The notes beneath the pieces are model-generated. The model ran no database searches, was not told the DNA's origin, and worked only from the letters and a program-made list of their open reading frames with translations. Of a stretch of 64,000 bases of DNA, positions 1-10,527 are shown one piece after another; within the stretch, counting starts at the first letter, position 1; each line of letters begins with the position of its first letter. A program made the position numbers and the translations under genes. This DNA is from Cytophagales bacterium (GTDB taxonomy: Bacteria > Bacteroidota > Bacteroidia > Cytophagales > JAHDFW01): assembly GCA_020627945.1 (NCBI GenBank), contig JAHDFW010000003.1:7599-71598 (forward strand), given 5' to 3'.

Positions 1-31
1 AGATATTAAACAAAGCTCGGCTTAGCAATAT

Positions 32-748
32 TTATTTTCTTTTCAGCACCTCTATCTCCTTTTCAGTAAGCATTCTGTATTTTCCACGTGGTAGATTCTT
101 TTTAGTTAGTCCAGCAAAAGTAACTCGATCCAGCCCTTTTACTTCGTAACCAAAGTGCTCAAATATTCTACGAACAATTCTGTTTCTACCACTGTGAATT
201 TCAATTCCAGCTATCCTTTTGTCCTGAGGATCCATAGCTAGATCATCAGACTTAATGAAACCATCCTCCAATTCTACTCCTATCGATATTTTCTCGGCAT
301 CCTCCTTAAAGAGTGGCTTATCCAAAGTCACTTTATATATCTTTGGAATGTTTGTGGACGGATGTGTAAGTCGATTAGCCAAATCTCCATCATTCGTAAA
401 TAACAAAAGCCCCGAGGTATTCCTATCCAATCTCCCAACTGGAAAAATACGTTCAGGTGTTGCTCTTTTAACCAAATCCATTACCGTCTTACGTCCTTCT
501 GGATCTTTCAGAGTTGTTATAAAGCCCTTTGGTTTATTCAACAGTACATAAACGGGTTTTTGCCCTTTTAGAGGTTTACCATCCAGTGTGACTTTATCTT
601 GATGCGAAACTTTAACACCCAGTTCGGTTACTACCTTACCATTAATTTTTATTCTTCCGCTTGCAATAATGTTGTCAGCCTCTCTTCGAGAACAAACACC
701 AGAATTAGCAATAAATTTATTCAGGCGAACGCCGTTTGAGTCTGACAT
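32..748 (-). CDS. Pseudouridine synthase, RsuA/RluB/RluF family, with N-terminal S4 RNA-binding domain
   Basis: 238-aa ORF. It has an S4-like N-terminus (RLNKFIANSGVCSRREAD) and the catalytic-loop motif GRLDRNTSGLLLFTNDG typical of this family. Confidence 0.85.
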   Translation of the reverse strand: MSDSNGVRLNKFIANSGVCSRREADNIIASGRIKINGKVVTELGVKVSHQDKVTLDGKPLKGQKPVYVLLNKPKGFITTLKDPEGRKTVMDLVKRATPERIFPVGRLDRNTSGLLLFTNDGDLANRLTHPSTNIPKIYKVTLDKPLFKEDAEKISIGVELEDGFIKSDDLAMDPQDKRIAGIEIHSGRNRIVRRIFEHFGYEVKGLDRVTFAGLTKKNLPRGKYRMLTEKEIEVLKRK

Positions 749-780
749 GATTATTTAATAAGTAAGATAATTAGGAAAAC

Positions 781-1344
781 TTAAGCTTCGTTCTCCTTTC
801 CAATTTGATTCTCCTCAACTATGAAGTCTTTCAACTGTGGTAATTCCTCCAGACTATTTATGCCGAAGTAATCCATAAACTTCTCGTTGGTTCCATATAA
901 CATTGGGCGTCCGATCGAATCTGATTTTCCTTTTATCTCGACCAAATCCTTTTCGAGAAGCTTTTGTACTGCATAATCGCAATTTACACCTCGAATTTGT
1001 TCAATCTGCCCCTTTGTTACTGGTTGTTTGTAGGCAATAATTGCCAATGTTTCTAAGGCAGAAGTGGATAATTTCTTTTTGGATCTCTGTTTTAAGAGTA
1101 CACTTATACTAGCCTGATAGGCTGGCTTGGTCAAAAATTGGTATCCACCTCCACTTTCAACTACCTCAAATGGGTAGTTATCATCTTTGTATTTCTCTAA
1201 AATAGAAGCAACAGCCTCTTCAATATCTTTATTTTTCACTTCAGATTCTATAGTTTCCATCATGCAATCCTGAAGTTCCTTAATCGAAACAGGCTCTTGA
1301 TTGCAAAAGATAAGGGCTTCTATATGTGACTGTAAATGATCCAA
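781..1344 (-). CDS. scpB: Segregation and condensation protein B (SMC-ScpAB complex)
   Basis: 187-aa ORF. The pattern IEALIFCNQEPVSIKEL ... LSTSALETLAIIAYKQPVTKGQIEQIRGV ... GRP is the tandem winged-helix ScpB signature. Confidence 0.85.
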   Translation of the reverse strand: MDHLQSHIEALIFCNQEPVSIKELQDCMMETIESEVKNKDIEEAVASILEKYKDDNYPFEVVESGGGYQFLTKPAYQASISVLLKQRSKKKLSTSALETLAIIAYKQPVTKGQIEQIRGVNCDYAVQKLLEKDLVEIKGKSDSIGRPMLYGTNEKFMDYFGINSLEELPQLKDFIVEENQIGKENEA

Positions 1345-1359
1345 AGATATTAACGGTTA

Positions 1360-1722
1360 TTAACCTCTATTTTGTTTAGCTTCAATACTGTGCTGCGTGT
1401 GAGGCACAGCTTTAAGTCTTTCTTTTTGGATCAACTTACCCGTATCGATACATACTCCGTAAGTTCCATTTTTAATTCTCAACAAAGCATTTTCCAAGTT
1501 TCTTACGAATTTTGCTTGACGCTCCATTAATTGAATTAAACGTTGCTTTTCCAAAGTTGCAGCACCATCCTCCAATACTTTGGCATTCTGTTTTACAGAA
1601 TCACCTTCTAAAGAATTTCTAGCACTTTTTAGCTCTTTTTGAGCAACCTCAAGCTTTGCTAAAATCATTTCTTCGAATTCTTTTAACTCGCTTTCTGAAT
1701 ATCGTTTCTTTTCACTCATCAC
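1360..1722 (-). CDS. DksA/TraR-family regulator-like protein (coiled coil plus degenerate zinc-finger region)
   Basis: 120-aa ORF. It has a long N-terminal coiled coil and a C-terminal GTYGVCIDTGKLIQKERLKAVPHT segment that resembles DksA/TraR. Only one Cys of the C4 finger is present, as in many Bacteroidota homologs. Confidence 0.65.
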   Translation of the reverse strand: MMSEKKRYSESELKEFEEMILAKLEVAQKELKSARNSLEGDSVKQNAKVLEDGAATLEKQRLIQLMERQAKFVRNLENALLRIKNGTYGVCIDTGKLIQKERLKAVPHTQHSIEAKQNRG

Positions 1723-1775
1723 ATTAATAAATTATATATATTATCACACTATACTGTGCTTGTGAATTTTTGTTG

Positions 1776-1783
1776 CAAAAATA
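1776..1783 (-). promoter_or_regulatory. Candidate Bacteroidota -7 box (TATTTTTG on the - strand) upstream of the dksA-like/scpB/pseudouridine synthase unit
   Basis: The + strand reads CAAAAATA, which is TAnnTTTG on the - strand. It lies 54 nt upstream of the 1722 start. Confidence 0.3.
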
Positions 1784-1797
1784 ACGGAAATTTTTTC

Positions 1798-4011
1798 TTA
1801 ATCAAGTAACACTAGTTTTCTACTTATACTGGTTTCCAACTCATTAAATATCTTAATAACGTAGATTCCAGCAGGTTGGTTTACTAAATCCAACTGATTA
1901 CTACCTGTTTGTAATTCTTTAGTAAGAATAATTTTACCTACAGCATCATATAAAACCACTTTCCCAAAAGCAGAATTAGCTAACTCAATATTTACAAAGC
2001 CATGCGAAGGATTAGGATAAATCTGAACTTGACGATCATATAAAGTTTCGGCTACATTCAAATTAGAATCTGATTCGTTCTTACAGAAGATTAGTCCTCC
2101 TCGATACATTCCACAAACAATATCTACAAAACTGTCGCCATCAAGATCATGCATTGCTGGTACAATTCGTCGTCCAAAATTCATGTCCCCTAACGCATTG
2201 GTTTTATCGTTATAAAAAGCATCATCTATTGCATAGATTGTATCATTGCTCCAGGTGTTTTCGAAATCCGAATAAAACTTCACCCCTTCTGAATAGGTAC
2301 CAAGCACCAAATCCATTTTACCATCGCGAGTAAAATCAATGATCCTTGGCACCGTATACCCAGCATTAATGGTTGGATCCGAAATATAAACACCTGCCAG
2401 TGTATCGGTAATAAGTGCAAAACTTGGAAAACTCGAATCCCCTTGATTTTCAAAATAATTGAGGTTCCCGTTTCTTTCACCTGCAATTAAATCAAGATCT
2501 CCATCGCGATCCAAATCATACAGGCATGGGGCAGCATTAGAGCCAACATCCAACCCTCCAAAATTTAAAGAGTCTAAAACGAAATCCGCCGGTTGCCCAG
2601 CAGCAGCCTGATTGATAAACAAGATGAATTTTCCAGATTGTTCTCCCACCAGCATGTCTAGGTCACCATCGCCATCTAAATCTCCAAAAGATGGTATCGC
2701 ATTAGTTATTTCATGTTGTGCAGTAGAAGCAAAATCACGGTTCTTTAATTCAAACTCTGGATTAGTAGATGTGCCTATGTTTTCTACAAGACCCAAGCTT
2801 ATTTGAGAGACGTCTGAGCTTGTTCTATATTCGAAGTTACCAACCACCAGATCTAGATCACCGTCAAGATCATAATCAATAAATTCAGGAGCCGCTCCTG
2901 CACCAAATTCAAACGTTTCACCAATTAAAAACTGATTGGTTTGATAACTGAATGTAGGGTTATCATCTTCTCCTGTATTTTTATACCAAAGAATATGTTC
3001 GAAATTCTTTCCTCCAACCTCGGCTCCCTCATTTGGAGCAACTACCAAATCACGTTTTTGATCGAAATCAACATCTATATAGTAGGAAGCATCATAAATG
3101 TACATATTAACTGGCTTAGAGCTTGGAAACGAATCCGTAACAAGATCCATGATAGCATTAGACGTATCGTTCCCATTTCTTAAAAAAACGAGATTAGAAG
3201 CAGAAATATCTCCTAAAACCAAATCCATATCATTGTCTCCATCATCATCATATATCATCAATGAAGAACCGGCATGTACACCAGATCTATTCTCGAATAC
3301 TACGTCATCAAACGGATTTGCAATTTGACCTCCACAATCGTCACCAAGAGTAATATCATTACTTAACCCTCCTTCTTTAAAGTCACCCCAACATTTGGTA
3401 TCCAAGATGAATGATAATTCGTCGCAATCCAATCCGTTTTCAACCCTCTGGTTTCTATAATAAATTACATAAGAACCTCCTGCGTCAAAAGTTAAAATAT
3501 CTAGGTCTCCATCCTGATCTACATCATCAATTGCAGGTACATCAGAAAATGGAATTAAAATGCTTGAACCTTCCGCTGTCAATGCTGCTGATACTTTTTC
3601 AAAACTAATATTGGATCCATTTGAGGTGTTTTTATATAAAGCTACGCTAGATAAACTATAGGTGAAAATATCATTCTTGCCATCACAGTTATAATCCCTC
3701 AATACAACCCAACCAATTAAATCAGGAAATAAATCCTGATATCCATGAGCATAGGTCCACTTATTATTATCATCTATGAAAATAGAAATGGTATTATCAT
3801 ACTTGTCAAATACAAACAAATCCTTCTTACCATCTCCATTTACATCAATTCTACCAAACTGAGGTGCTTGAAAGGCTCCAAACCATGGATTATCATACGA
3901 GTTGTTGATTTCTTTAACTGGAATAGACCCATCGTATACGAAACCAAGTTTTTGTGCTGATGCGAATAGGGAAATTATCAGTCCACAAATAACCAGAGTA
4001 AACTTTTTCAT
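1798..4011 (-). CDS. FG-GAP/VCBS-repeat (beta-propeller) secreted protein with T9SS type A C-terminal sorting domain
   Basis: Signal peptide MKKFTLVICGLIISLFASAQ; I chose the start at 4011, although the ORF track extends to 4026. The protein has many DxDGDGxxDL calcium-loop-like repeats. The C-terminus is IYPNPSHGFVNIEL...GIYVIKIF...KLVLLD. Confidence 0.8.
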   Translation of the reverse strand: MKKFTLVICGLIISLFASAQKLGFVYDGSIPVKEINNSYDNPWFGAFQAPQFGRIDVNGDGKKDLFVFDKYDNTISIFIDDNNKWTYAHGYQDLFPDLIGWVVLRDYNCDGKNDIFTYSLSSVALYKNTSNGSNISFEKVSAALTAEGSSILIPFSDVPAIDDVDQDGDLDILTFDAGGSYVIYYRNQRVENGLDCDELSFILDTKCWGDFKEGGLSNDITLGDDCGGQIANPFDDVVFENRSGVHAGSSLMIYDDDGDNDMDLVLGDISASNLVFLRNGNDTSNAIMDLVTDSFPSSKPVNMYIYDASYYIDVDFDQKRDLVVAPNEGAEVGGKNFEHILWYKNTGEDDNPTFSYQTNQFLIGETFEFGAGAAPEFIDYDLDGDLDLVVGNFEYRTSSDVSQISLGLVENIGTSTNPEFELKNRDFASTAQHEITNAIPSFGDLDGDGDLDMLVGEQSGKFILFINQAAAGQPADFVLDSLNFGGLDVGSNAAPCLYDLDRDGDLDLIAGERNGNLNYFENQGDSSFPSFALITDTLAGVYISDPTINAGYTVPRIIDFTRDGKMDLVLGTYSEGVKFYSDFENTWSNDTIYAIDDAFYNDKTNALGDMNFGRRIVPAMHDLDGDSFVDIVCGMYRGGLIFCKNESDSNLNVAETLYDRQVQIYPNPSHGFVNIELANSAFGKVVLYDAVGKIILTKELQTGSNQLDLVNQPAGIYVIKIFNELETSISRKLVLLD

Positions 4012-4024
4012 AACATAAATATAC

Positions 4025-4056
4025 AAAAAAAGGGAGTAAGAAAACTCTTACTCCCT
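4025..4056 (-). terminator. Rho-independent terminator downstream of sucD
   Basis: Perfect 10-bp stem agggagtaag / cttactccct (4031-4040 / 4047-4056) with a 6-nt loop. An A-run at 4025-4030 gives a U-run on the - strand transcript. Confidence 0.6.
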
Positions 4057-4091
4057 TTCAACGATTTTTTATTCGTATTAGTTTATTACGA

Positions 4092-4961
4092 CTAACCCAA
4101 TACTTTGGCCATAGTTTCACCAATCTCAGCTGGTGACTCTACTACATGAATACCACACTCTGCCATAATCTTCATCTTAGCTTCTGCAGTATCATCTGCT
4201 CCACCAATAATTGCTCCTGCATGTCCCATACGCTTTCCAGCTGGTGCAGTTTGCCCCGCGATAAATCCAACTACAGGCTTTGTTCCATTTTCTTTAATCC
4301 AATGAGCAGCATCTGCTTCCATTTGACCTCCAATTTCACCAATCATAACGATTGCATCAGTATCAGGGTCATTCATGAATAACTCGACTGCATCTTTAGT
4401 ACTTGTTCCAATAATTGGATCTCCTCCAATTCCGATAGCAGTACTTTGTCCTAATCCGGCTTTAGTCAATTGATCCACAGCCTCGTAAGTAAGTGTACCA
4501 GACTTAGAAACAATACCAACTCGTCCTTCCTTGAAGATAAATGCTGGCATAATTCCAACTTTAGCACCACCTGGAGTCATTACACCTGGGCAGTTAGGAC
4601 CGATTAGACGACAATCTCTATCAGTAATAAATTCCTTTACAGCGATCATATCCTTGGTAGGAATACCTTCAGTAATACAAACGATTACTTTAATTCCACC
4701 ATCTGCTGCCTCCATGATAGCGTCTGCTGCAAATGCAGGTGGCACAAAGATGATAGACACATCTGCACCAGTTTCCGCTACTGCTTCTTTTACTGTGTTA
4801 AAAACTGGTTTACCAAGGTGATCCTTACCGCCTTTACCTGGAGTAACTCCCCCTACTACATTTGATCCGTAATCAATCATTTGTCCGGCATGAAAACTTC
4901 CTTCAGAACCAGTAAAACCTTGTACTATAATCTTTGAATTCTTATCAACTAAAACGCTCAT
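4092..4961 (-). CDS. sucD: Succinate--CoA ligase (ADP-forming) subunit alpha
   Basis: 289-aa ORF. Motifs [27 protein letters not shown] and the overall length match SucD. No sucC is adjacent. Confidence 0.93.
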   Translation of the reverse strand: MSVLVDKNSKIIVQGFTGSEGSFHAGQMIDYGSNVVGGVTPGKGGKDHLGKPVFNTVKEAVAETGADVSIIFVPPAFAADAIMEAADGGIKVIVCITEGIPTKDMIAVKEFITDRDCRLIGPNCPGVMTPGGAKVGIMPAFIFKEGRVGIVSKSGTLTYEAVDQLTKAGLGQSTAIGIGGDPIIGTSTKDAVELFMNDPDTDAIVMIGEIGGQMEADAAHWIKENGTKPVVGFIAGQTAPAGKRMGHAGAIIGGADDTAEAKMKIMAECGIHVVESPAEIGETMAKVLG

Positions 4962-4983
4962 GGTATCTTATTTAATTTTTCCA

Positions 4984-4991
4984 CAAATGTA
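4984..4991 (-). promoter_or_regulatory. Candidate -7 box (TACATTTG on the - strand) for sucD
   Basis: The + strand reads CAAATGTA, 23 nt upstream of the sucD start codon at 4961. Confidence 0.35.
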
Positions 4992-5310
4992 ATTTTTTTT
5001 ATGACTTTCGCAAAGCATTTCAGTCGAACCTTAAGTTAGATCTACCCGAAAATCTAGGGAAGAAGGTCATTGTTCTTTTATTTTATGGTCTAATATTAAA
5101 AGAGAAAATTGAAATCAAAAACCTGAAAACGATCTGAATATATATTAAGACCCATTTTTCAGGTTTCTGGTTAAAGATTTCACATTTTATCGATTGCTCT
5201 TATAATGAAGAAAAAGTACTGAAATGTGGTTTCTCCGTAAAAATTATAGTTACCCCTTTAAGTTCTACTCAGGAAAAAATATAAATTCAAGATCATCCAC
5301 CAATTTCTTG

Positions 5311-5318
5311 TATTTTTG
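5311..5318 (+). promoter_or_regulatory. Candidate -7 box (TATTTTTG) for uvrA
   Basis: Exact TAnnTTTG match 20 nt upstream of the ATG at 5338. It lies inside the 5224 ORF-track extension and so argues against that extension. Confidence 0.35.
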
Positions 5319-5337
5319 CGAGCTAGATTTCTGCTTT

Positions 5338-8145
5338 ATGGGAAGAAAAAATAAGGATATTGATCAACTTGATGCCAGAGAGTTCATTGTGGTAAAAAAT
5401 GCCCGTGTAAACAACCTGAAAAACTTATCGGTTGCCATTCCTCGAAATAAACTTGTGGTAGTAACTGGAGTGTCCGGATCTGGAAAATCTTCACTTGCTT
5501 TTGACACCTTGTTCGCTGAAGGACAACGGATGTATGTTGAAAGTCTAAGTTCATATGCACGTCAGTTTCTTAGTCGAATGGACAAGCCTGAAGTGGATTA
5601 TATCAAAGGTATTTCTCCAGCAATTGCCATCGAACAGAAAGTTAACACCTCTAACTCTCGTTCAACCGTTGGGACTTCTACAGAAATTTACGATTATTTA
5701 AAACTTCTTTTTGCCCGAGTAGGTAAAACATATTCACCAATATCTGGCAACGAGGTCAAAAAAAATAGTGTAAGCGATGTTGTCGATTTCATATTTGATC
5801 AAAAACCAGGAGGTAAAGCTTTTATAGTGGCTCCATTAGTTCAGACCGAAAAGCGACCTATTCGGAAGGAACTGGAAATTCTAATGCAAAAAGGTTTTGC
5901 TAGGATTTACCACAAGGGATCAATGGAGTTTATTGAAGATTTTCAACCAAAAGGTGTAAATATTGAAGATATCGAGGTACTTATTGATCGGGTAATTATT
6001 CCAGAAGAAAGAAGTGAGGAAATGGAATTCAGGCTTTCCGATTCCGTTCAAACAGCACTCATTGAAGGCTTAGGTACTTGTGTTCTTATTTTAGACGGTA
6101 ACAAAAGAACAAATTTTACAGATCGGTTCGAATTGGATGATATGGAATTCGAAGAACCTACCGTAAACTTCTTTACTTTCAACAATCCTTACGGAGCATG
6201 TAAAACTTGTGAAGGTTTTGGTCAGGTCTTAGGGTTGGATTATGATCTTATATTTCCGGACCATTCTTTATCGGTATATGAAGGAGCTATTGCACCTTGG
6301 CGCACTGAAAAAATGAATGCTTGGCTTCAGCCATTACTGAAAAATGGAATTAAATTCGATTTCCCAATCCATCGTGCGTATATGGATCTAACGGATCAAG
6401 AAAAGCAAATTCTATGGGAAGGAAACGAATACTTTGAAGGTTTAAATGCATTCTTCAAAGAAGTTGAAGCCAATTTGTACAAAATTCAATATCGGGTAAT
6501 GTACTCTCGTTATCGTGGACGTACTGTTTGTCATGATTGCAAAGGAAGTCGACTTAGAAAAGATGCCCAATACGTTAAAGTTGGTGAGAAAACAATTACT
6601 GATATAGTATTAATGCCAATATCAGAATCATTGGGATTCTTCGAAAACCTAAAACTTAAGTCAAATGAACTTAAAATTGCTGATCGTATTTTAGCAGAAT
6701 TAAGGATGAGACTAAGTTATCTAAATCGTGTAGGATTGGGGTATCTAACACTTAATAGATTATCTAATACTCTATCTGGAGGTGAAACTCAGAGAATCAA
6801 CCTGGCTACTTCTCTTGGGAGTGCCCTTGTAGGCTCTATGTACATCCTAGATGAACCTAGTATTGGGTTGCATCCAAAAGATGCTAAAACACTCGTAGGA
6901 GTGCTTAGATCACTTCAAAAATTAGGTAACACCGTAGTAGTTGTTGAGCATGACGAGGAAACAATGCAAGCCGCTGATGAAATCATAGATATTGGTCCCG
7001 AAGCAGGCATGTTAGGAGGAACATTGAATTTTCAAGGAACATTTGACCAACTTGTCAAGAATGATAAAGAAACACTAACTGGAAAGTATTTACGAGGGGA
7101 ATTAAAGATCGAAGTACCTGAGCATCGTAGAAAACCTATCAACTTTATTGAAATTCTAGGAGCTTCTGAGAATAACCTTAGAAACATAGATGTCAAAATC
7201 CCGTTAAATGCTCTTACATTAGTAACTGGTGTAAGTGGCTCTGGTAAGTCATCACTAATTAAAAAAATTCTTTATCCTCATCTTGCTAAAAGTTTTGGAT
7301 TGGGGTCAAATGATAGCCCTGGCAAGCACAAAGAAATAAAGGGTAGCCTAAACCTTATTGAGCATGTTGAGTTTATTGATCAGAACCCCATAGGAAAATC
7401 TTCTAGATCCAATCCTGTAACTTACACGAAAGCATATGATGAAATTCGGAGCTTAATGGTAGCGCAACCAGTTGCAAAAGCTCAGAGTTATAAATCATCC
7501 CATTTTTCATTTAACGTTGAGGGAGGACGTTGTGAAGTTTGCAAAGGAGAAGGAGTAACCACTGTGGAGATGCAATTTATGGCGGATATTCAACTGCAAT
7601 GCGAAGCATGTTTAGGCAAACGTTTTAAAGACAACATCCTTGAGGTAACCTATAAAGGAAAGAACATCGCGGATATACTTGACATGACTGTAAATCAAAG
7701 TCTAGAGTTCTTCGAGGGTAAAAAGAAAATTTGTGACAAACTACAGCCTCTTAGTGATGTGGGGTTGGGCTATATAAAACTAGGACAAGCTTCATCTACA
7801 TTAAGCGGAGGGGAAGCGCAGAGAGTAAAACTTGCGACTTTTTTAAATAAGAAAAACTCTGATAAGAAAATCCTCTTCCTTTTTGATGAACCATCTACAG
7901 GGTTACACTTCCATGATATCGCAAAACTTATGATATCTATCAATTCGTTGGTTGCTTTAGGGCACACCGTAGTTATTATCGAACATAACCTTGATATAAT
8001 TAAATGTGCGGATTACATTATAGACCTAGGGCCTGATGGTGGTACTGGAGGTGGTCAACTAATTTTTCAAGGAACTCCTGAAGATTTAATTGCGAATCAT
8101 ATAAAAGACAGCTATACAGCTCAATTTTTGCAAGATAAAATCTAA
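5338..8145 (+). CDS. uvrA: Excinuclease ABC subunit A
   Basis: Two ABC ATPase modules with Walker [13 protein letters not shown] and [15 protein letters not shown] signatures and zinc modules ([24 protein letters not shown]). I moved the start to M39 of the track ORF (MGRKNKD...), because the 38 upstream residues are low-complexity and overlap the -7 box. Confidence 0.93.
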   Translation: MGRKNKDIDQLDAREFIVVKNARVNNLKNLSVAIPRNKLVVVTGVSGSGKSSLAFDTLFAEGQRMYVESLSSYARQFLSRMDKPEVDYIKGISPAIAIEQKVNTSNSRSTVGTSTEIYDYLKLLFARVGKTYSPISGNEVKKNSVSDVVDFIFDQKPGGKAFIVAPLVQTEKRPIRKELEILMQKGFARIYHKGSMEFIEDFQPKGVNIEDIEVLIDRVIIPEERSEEMEFRLSDSVQTALIEGLGTCVLILDGNKRTNFTDRFELDDMEFEEPTVNFFTFNNPYGACKTCEGFGQVLGLDYDLIFPDHSLSVYEGAIAPWRTEKMNAWLQPLLKNGIKFDFPIHRAYMDLTDQEKQILWEGNEYFEGLNAFFKEVEANLYKIQYRVMYSRYRGRTVCHDCKGSRLRKDAQYVKVGEKTITDIVLMPISESLGFFENLKLKSNELKIADRILAELRMRLSYLNRVGLGYLTLNRLSNTLSGGETQRINLATSLGSALVGSMYILDEPSIGLHPKDAKTLVGVLRSLQKLGNTVVVVEHDEETMQAADEIIDIGPEAGMLGGTLNFQGTFDQLVKNDKETLTGKYLRGELKIEVPEHRRKPINFIEILGASENNLRNIDVKIPLNALTLVTGVSGSGKSSLIKKILYPHLAKSFGLGSNDSPGKHKEIKGSLNLIEHVEFIDQNPIGKSSRSNPVTYTKAYDEIRSLMVAQPVAKAQSYKSSHFSFNVEGGRCEVCKGEGVTTVEMQFMADIQLQCEACLGKRFKDNILEVTYKGKNIADILDMTVNQSLEFFEGKKKICDKLQPLSDVGLGYIKLGQASSTLSGGEAQRVKLATFLNKKNSDKKILFLFDEPSTGLHFHDIAKLMISINSLVALGHTVVIIEHNLDIIKCADYIIDLGPDGGTGGGQLIFQGTPEDLIANHIKDSYTAQFLQDKI

Positions 8146-8168
8146 ATATACTTTATATTGATAGGCAC

Positions 8169-8204
8169 AAAAAAAAGCCAGCTAAGTTTCTTAGCTGGCT
8201 TTTT
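8169..8204. terminator. Bidirectional rho-independent terminator between convergent uvrA and the ppiD-like gene
   Basis: 11-bp perfect stem agccagctaag / cttagctggct with a 3-nt loop. It is flanked by an A-run on the 5' side and a T-run on the 3' side. Confidence 0.7.
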
Positions 8205-8223
8205 ACCTTTAATATATTTAACA

Positions 8224-10368
8224 CTAATAGTGCTTATATCTTGTATCTTCAATATCCATTAAGTCATTTAAGGTTTGGAATGCTACACCAGTAGAACGCC
8301 CCTCAACAGCACTCAACACAGAAGATTTTTCAATAGTATAATCTTCTTTTTCAGCTGCTTCAGTTAAGGCAATCATCTCAACCACAAGAATTCCATTATC
8401 AGTCTCAATAGTACCAGATCTTTCACCGTTACCTAGACCAAACAATGCACCAACACCTTCAGGTGCTAATCCAGCATCTTTAATACTAGAACTGTTCAAC
8501 TTAAGTGCGTTTGTAGTTCCTGTTTTTGCGTTTGCTCCAAACTGAGATACTATTGATCCGAAATCAGCATTAGCATCTAATTTTTCTTTGATGTATTTAG
8601 CCTTTTCAATATTTGTCACTTTGCTTGTTACTTCCTGTCTAACCATATCCAGATTAGGCATATTCTCTTCAGAGCTTCCTGTAACCGTTGCTACCACATA
8701 AGCATCTTCCAAACTCATAATATTAGAAATTTCGTTTTCCATTCCATTTCTAAATGCCCATTGAACTACAGTTCTTCCATCTTTCAATCCAACCAAACGA
8801 CTATCCATAGCTGTTAATGGTTGTGAAGTAAACTTTTTTGCAGCATTGGAAGAATCGGCCTTAGCAATAAACGCATCACGTGTGCTTGCATCCGCCAAAA
8901 AGTCTCCTACTTTGCGATATGCATCATCCTTAGTATCCTCTCCAGCGAAAATCGCACGTTGTATCTTACCAATTACAAAACTATTGTTGTTTTTAGGTTC
9001 TGTTACATTAATTAAGTGATATCCAAATCTTGTTTCAATGATATCATTCACCAAACCTGTTCCATTCTTTGCAAAAACAGCTTCGTTGAATGCAGGAACC
9101 ATACGTCCTTCTGAGAACCACCCCAAATCACCACCGTTCCCAGCATTAGATTTATCTGTACTATGTACCTTGGCCATCTCACCAAAATCCTCACCTCTTT
9201 TAATACTATCTAAGATGGATCTAGCTTTAGACTTAGCAGAAGCCTTATCCTCATCACTTTCAGTATCCCATTTAATCAAAATATGACTGGCCTTAACCGA
9301 ATAGATTGTATCCTCAAAAGAATCAACTACCTTATATACAACGTAATTTCCTCCTTCCAAAATAGGGTCTGTTACATATCCTTTTTCAACACTTGCTAAA
9401 CTCTTTAATGCTAAAGGCAATTCATCAGCTCTACGCTTAGTAGGAATTTCACTTTCATCAGAATACTGATCTATAAACATAGTGTCCTTATCGCTTTCCT
9501 GAAATTCTCCTTTAAGTTCTTCCATTTCTTCCTTTGCAGCTAACGTATCTTGTGCAGATGGCAACACATCGAATACTACATAGTCAATTGTACGTGTTGC
9601 AGGCTTCTCGTAACGCTTTAAGTTCTTTGCAAGATAATCAGACAACATATTATCATTAACTTCTACTAAAGAATCTGCAATTGCGTAATAAGGAACGTAA
9701 GCATATTTAATATTTGCTTGAGAAGAAGTTGCTACATGATTACGCTTTGCCTCAGCTGACGTAACATAAGTAGATTTACCAATTAGACCGGTGAACTTCT
9801 CTTGAAGTCTCATATCTTCTAACTGCTTCTTAAATCCAATCCACATATTTTTACGTGATTCAAACTCTTGATCACTGATATTCTGTCCTTGTGGTTTTTC
9901 ATCGCTTTCTACAGCAGTAATGTATGATAATAATTGATTCTTATCGAATTGCTGCGTTGTAGGATTTACGAAAGACTGCATAATCGAAGAGTGGATATTA
10001 TTACCCGCTATCATATCATCTTTTTCCTCCTTAGAGATTGATAATCCTAAGTCACCCATTGCAGGCTTATAAGCATGCTTATACAACAATCTGTTCCAAG
10101 CTTCATCTTGCAGTTGCTTAACTTGATCTTCTTTTACCTCTAATCCCGTACGATCGAAGTATTGCTGTGAAAGCATGTTAATTTCATCTTGCATTTCGTA
10201 TTGCGGAACTGCTCTACCATTAATTTCACCGACATTATTGTCAGATAAATCTGGTCCTCCAGAACATTGAGTTAGCATTTTATCTCCTGCAATGAACGCT
10301 ACCATACTTATACCTACGAATGCTATTGCAATCCAGGACTTTTGACGTATTGTATTTATTAGTGCCAT
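8224..10368 (-). CDS. Periplasmic chaperone / peptidyl-prolyl isomerase, PpiD/SurA-like
   Basis: 714 aa. N-terminal membrane anchor (WIAIAFVGISMVAFIAG), a SurA_N-like region and a parvulin rotamase core (ASHILIKW ... GGDLGWFSEGRMVPAFNEAVF). Confidence 0.8.
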   Translation of the reverse strand: MALINTIRQKSWIAIAFVGISMVAFIAGDKMLTQCSGGPDLSDNNVGEINGRAVPQYEMQDEINMLSQQYFDRTGLEVKEDQVKQLQDEAWNRLLYKHAYKPAMGDLGLSISKEEKDDMIAGNNIHSSIMQSFVNPTTQQFDKNQLLSYITAVESDEKPQGQNISDQEFESRKNMWIGFKKQLEDMRLQEKFTGLIGKSTYVTSAEAKRNHVATSSQANIKYAYVPYYAIADSLVEVNDNMLSDYLAKNLKRYEKPATRTIDYVVFDVLPSAQDTLAAKEEMEELKGEFQESDKDTMFIDQYSDESEIPTKRRADELPLALKSLASVEKGYVTDPILEGGNYVVYKVVDSFEDTIYSVKASHILIKWDTESDEDKASAKSKARSILDSIKRGEDFGEMAKVHSTDKSNAGNGGDLGWFSEGRMVPAFNEAVFAKNGTGLVNDIIETRFGYHLINVTEPKNNNSFVIGKIQRAIFAGEDTKDDAYRKVGDFLADASTRDAFIAKADSSNAAKKFTSQPLTAMDSRLVGLKDGRTVVQWAFRNGMENEISNIMSLEDAYVVATVTGSSEENMPNLDMVRQEVTSKVTNIEKAKYIKEKLDANADFGSIVSQFGANAKTGTTNALKLNSSSIKDAGLAPEGVGALFGLGNGERSGTIETDNGILVVEMIALTEAAEKEDYTIEKSSVLSAVEGRSTGVAFQTLNDLMDIEDTRYKHY

Positions 10369-10388
10369 ATTCTAATTTTTCAAGTCTG

Positions 10389-10396
10389 CAAAAATA
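10389..10396 (-). promoter_or_regulatory. Candidate -7 box (TATTTTTG on the - strand) for the ppiD-like gene
   Basis: The + strand reads CAAAAATA, 21 nt upstream of the start at 10368. Confidence 0.35.
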
Positions 10397-10470
10397 CTTT
10401 AATGAATCATATATCCAAAAGATTAAGGGACTAAAGTGGGGTAAAAAATCACCACAATATATCTAAAAAC

Positions 10471-10498
10471 AAAAAAGGAGCGGTAAACCGCTCCTTTT
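10471..10498 (-). terminator. Rho-independent terminator ending the 20.4-10.5 kb - strand secreted-protein unit
   Basis: Stem ggagcgg / ccgctcc (10477-10483 / 10488-10494) with a 4-nt loop taaa. An A-run at 10471-10476 gives a U-run on the - strand. Confidence 0.6.
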
Positions 10499-10527
10499 AA
10501 ATTCTAAGATTTACTTAATTACTTAAG

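Noticed and set aside
5224-5337. 38-codon N-terminal extension of uvrA in the ORF track.
   Set aside because: The residues are low-complexity and not UvrA-like. A TAnnTTTG box sits inside the extension at 5311-5318, and the ATG at 5338 gives a canonical UvrA N-terminus.
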